Assembly: GCA_963714175.1 (NCBI GenBank)
Contig: CAVQNN010000003.1
Span: 1,029,795-1,093,794, forward strand
Reading direction: 5' to 3'
DNA: 64,000 nt
DNA from: an uncultured Actinomycetes bacterium
GTDB lineage: Bacteria > Actinomycetota > Thermoleophilia > RBG-16-64-13
The notes beneath the pieces were generated by a model. The model saw only the letters and a program-made list of their open reading frames with translations, was not told the origin of the DNA and did no database searches. Made by a program: the position numbers and the translations under genes. Shown here one piece after another: positions 61,160 through 64,000 of the stretch. Position 1 is the stretch's first letter; each line of letters begins with the position of its first letter.

Positions 61160-61993
61160 CTAATCCTTCTTCACGTCGGCGGCATACTTGGCCTGCTTGC
61201 CGGCGCAGGTCCAGTGTTTGTGGATGAGTCTCTGGTTCTCGACCTCGTCGCAGACGGCAAGGGCGAGGTCGGGGACGTCGATGCCCGAGGGGATGCCCTC
61301 ATCCCAGATCATGAAGTCCACACCCAGTTCGTATGAGCCGCTGCCCGGCCCCGGCCGGTACATCCACGGCGGAGAGAGGAACGACCATGCGAAGTCGGTG
61401 CGGCCGTCGAACATGTCGAGCGCCACACGGCAGCCTTCGAGAAGGGCCACGTGTTTCCAATCCTTCACCTGCTCCTCGAGGATGGGATCGGATTCACCCG
61501 GCTTGATCTCGCCGGCTTCCTTGCGGTCGGCGGAGTCATGGAAGATCTGGGCCGGTATCAGGTCGCCCAGCCAGCGCTGGTGCACGGGCGGCTGAGTGCC
61601 GTAGAACCAGCGGGGCCAGCGTTCGTCCTCAAGGAACTGCACCCCCGGCTTGGTGAAGAGCGACGCGGCTCCGCCGATGTAGATGAAGTAGGGCACCTTG
61701 GCGTCCCGGACCGCCTTGATCATGCGGCGGGTGCCCTCGGCCTGACGGTAGTACACGTCGACCTCGAGACCGTGGCCGCCTGAGTACGCGGATACGACGA
61801 CGTCCTGGCCTTCGAGCTGGGATCGCAACAGTCCGCCGTCGAAGACATCACAGAATTGATGGTCGACGCCTTCGGGGGCCGGGACCTCGTTCGCGTTGAA
61901 CGACAGTCCCTTGACCTGGTGTCCGCGGCGTACCAGCTCCGCGGTGATGGCTGACCCACCCATCCCGGTGTGGCCGATGACTGCGACCTTCAT
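61160..61993 (-). CDS. NAD(P)H-binding atypical SDR (NmrA/BVR-B-like)
   Basis: MKVAVIGHTGMGGSAITAELVRRGH (Rossmann GxxGxxG), 277 aa. Intact. Confidence 0.75.
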   Translation of the reverse strand: MKVAVIGHTGMGGSAITAELVRRGHQVKGLSFNANEVPAPEGVDHQFCDVFDGGLLRSQLEGQDVVVSAYSGGHGLEVDVYYRQAEGTRRMIKAVRDAKVPYFIYIGGAASLFTKPGVQFLEDERWPRWFYGTQPPVHQRWLGDLIPAQIFHDSADRKEAGEIKPGESDPILEEQVKDWKHVALLEGCRVALDMFDGRTDFAWSFLSPPWMYRPGPGSGSYELGVDFMIWDEGIPSGIDVPDLALAVCDEVENQRLIHKHWTCAGKQAKYAADVKKD

Positions 61994-62044
61994 GTGCTGT
62001 CCTTTCGTCGCGCTGATTGGCCGGTGTCGACATGGTCGGCATGC

Positions 62045-64000
62045 TCAGAGTATGTTCATCGCCGCCAGGAAGCCTTCCTTGACGGCGGCATCCACCTTGG
62101 CCGCGCGGACGCAATCACCGATCTCCGCGAACGGGATGGCACCGAGGGCCGCTCTCAGAGCGGAGGTGTCGTTCGCGCCCATGCCGAGAGCATAGACCAC
62201 GGAGTCGGCCTCGAGCCACCCTTCGGGCGCGCCCCGGTGTTGCACCCGGACGCCGCCCGGAGCGATCTCCACACACTTGGTGCTCGTGAGGACCTTCACT
62301 CCCACCCGTTCCATCTCGAGCAGCAGGGCCTCCCGGTACATCCCGTAGGATTCGGCGGCCGCCCGTGCGAGCATCTCCACCACGGTGACCTCATGACCGG
62401 CCTTTGCCAGGTGCAGACCGGTCTCGCAACCCACCAGCCCTCCGCCCACCATCACGATCCGCTTACCGAGGGCAACGTCATGGTCGTAGACCGCGAGGGC
62501 CGGAACCGCGTTCTCGATGCCCGGGATGGACGGAGTGACCGCCGAAGAACCCACGGCGAGGATCGCGTAGTCCGGCCGTTCTTCAGCGATGACGGCGGCC
62601 GTCGCGCAGGTGTTCAGCCGCACCTCGATATCCCGCAGCCGGACTTCATGGATGAGGAGGTCCTTGAAGTCGCGCAGACCCCGCTTGTCGAGGTCCACGT
62701 CGGTGAACTTGAGGATCCCACCCAGCGCCGGCGACCGCTCCACGAGCGTGACTCTATGTCCCCGGTCGGCCGCGGTGATGGCCGCCTGCATCCCCGCCAC
62801 CCCTCCGCCTATCACGAGGACCCTGGCGAGAACGGCCGGTGGGCTGGCTGGAGGGCATGTCGTCGATCGCCACCGGTAGATTGGCCTTAGGGTTGATGGT
62901 GCAGCTGCCCACCTTCATCATCATAGACTCGCCGTCGTCGGGCCCCTCATAGCCGGCCTCCGGGCTCCCGGGAAAGCACTTGAAGCAACGGATGCAGCGT
63001 CTGATCTCCCGCTCTCTACCGGCCAGGGCCTTGTTGGGTAGCTCGGGGTCGGCGATCATCTGCCGCGCCATGACCACGTAGTCCGCCTTGCCTTGGGCGA
63101 GGATCTCTTCGGCCAGCTCGGGGGAGTTGATCCCTCCGACCACGCCCACAGGCATCGAGGTGTAGCTCTTCACGACCGCCGCCATGTCGACATTGCAGCC
63201 GTGAGGAGCGTACATCGACGAGAACTGCCCGGTCACGACCGGATCATTGTAGATGCCGCTGGAGATGTGCACGCTGTCGACGAGGCCCTCCAGCATGTGG
63301 ACGAACCGCCCAACGTCATCGGGCTCGATGCCGCCGGCGACCCCGTCCCGGCCGCTGATGCGCGCTTCGAGTAGGAAGGCGGGGCCGGCTGCATCGCGGA
63401 TGGCCTCGAACACCGCGATGGGGAAGCGGGCCCGGTTCTCGAGACTGCCGCCGTACCGGTCGGTCCGCTTGTTCCAGAGGGGCGACAAGAACTGGGAGAA
63501 CAGCCAGCCGTGGCCGGCATGCACCAGGACTCCGTCGAAGCCGGCCGTCTGCATGTAGAGGGCGGCGGTGGCGAAGTCACGGCAGACCTTGTCCATCATG
63601 GCTTGGTCCATCTCGTCCACCGTTTGCCCGTCCTTACGGGTGAAGGCCGTGGGCCCCCAGGGATTCGGGTGGCCGGGTGGAGGCGTCTTCTCCCCGCCGG
63701 CATGGAACAGTTCGATGAGCGCCACAGCCCCGTGCTTCTTGATGAGTCCGGCATAGTGGGCGATGGCCTCGAAGTGCCTTCCCGAAGGGCTGGTGAAGTC
63801 GATGGGGTCGAAGGGCATGCGCTCGGCGTCCGTGGAGTTCACGCTGGTCTCGCCCACGCAGACCTTGGCCGCTCCGCCTTGGGCGGCGGCTTCCACCTTG
63901 CGGTAGGCCCTGGGAGCGGCCTCGGGGTACTGGACCACCGCGCCGAACACCATCGGGGCGCACATGATGCGGTTCTTCATGATGTGGCCGTTGATCTCGA
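62045..64000 (-). CDS. Old-yellow-enzyme-family NADH:flavin oxidoreductase fused to FAD/NAD(P)-binding domain (2,4-dienoyl-CoA-reductase-like); 5' end beyond right edge, one frameshift as assembled
   Basis: OYE TIM-barrel motifs (NRIMCAPM, LFHAGG, HAGHGWLFSQFLSP..N.R.D.YGGS), Fe-S Cys motif CIRCFKCF, then VLVIGGGVAGMQAA and MVGGGLVGCE dinucleotide folds in ORF 62045..62815. Junction near 62840. The frame stays open upstream of Met 63980. Confidence 0.8.

Noticed and set aside
59080-61160. Intact integrative element or prophage at tRNA-Leu with att sites
   Set aside because: There is no integrase, recombinase or phage structural gene. I could not find a direct repeat of the tRNA-Leu 3' end (gttcgagtcccgcctccggca) downstream. 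Only a decayed remnant is supportable.

Overview
High-G+C chromosomal segment (spot counts roughly 65-75%, dipping to about 55% at 59.5-60.7 kb). It is dominated by core genes in an Actinomycetota-type order: metG-tatD-rsmA ... ispE-tRNA-Gln-glmU-prs-rplY-pth-mfd-PPIase-mazG-eno-ftsB-DUF501/ppx-tRNA-Leu. Other content: hisBHAF, an M23 peptidase, gdhA, a DUF2769/flavodiiron/flavoprotein operon, a STAS/RsbW-type pair, a NodB deacetylase, an OmpR/HK two-component system, a B12-radical-SAM/parA/ftsZ block, dat, nfo, pgi, a LexA-boxed dinB, an LsrF-type aldolase/rpe/aldolase-SDR/ltaE cluster, a ROK kinase, rsmI, two tandem SLH S-layer genes and thrC. The dominant anomaly is about 70 frame disruptions in otherwise well-conserved genes. 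Almost all are +1 shifts (one surplus base), they are strongly clustered, and conserved motifs stay intact between them with no nonsense codons. I read this as insertion-type assembly error, with the second S-layer copy possibly a real pseudogene, so coordinates of frameshifted genes are reconstructions. I found no CRISPR array, transposase, integrase or recognisable defence system, and no convincing wholly novel multi-gene system. The best leads are the rSAM-parA-ftsZ block, the S-layer tandem duplication, a family of about 160-nt imperfect-palindrome intergenic repeats, the sugar-phosphate aldolase cluster, a glmU lacking its acetyltransferase domain, and a low-GC patch of gene fragments next to tRNA-Leu. 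All homology calls come from motif recognition by eye; no searches were run.
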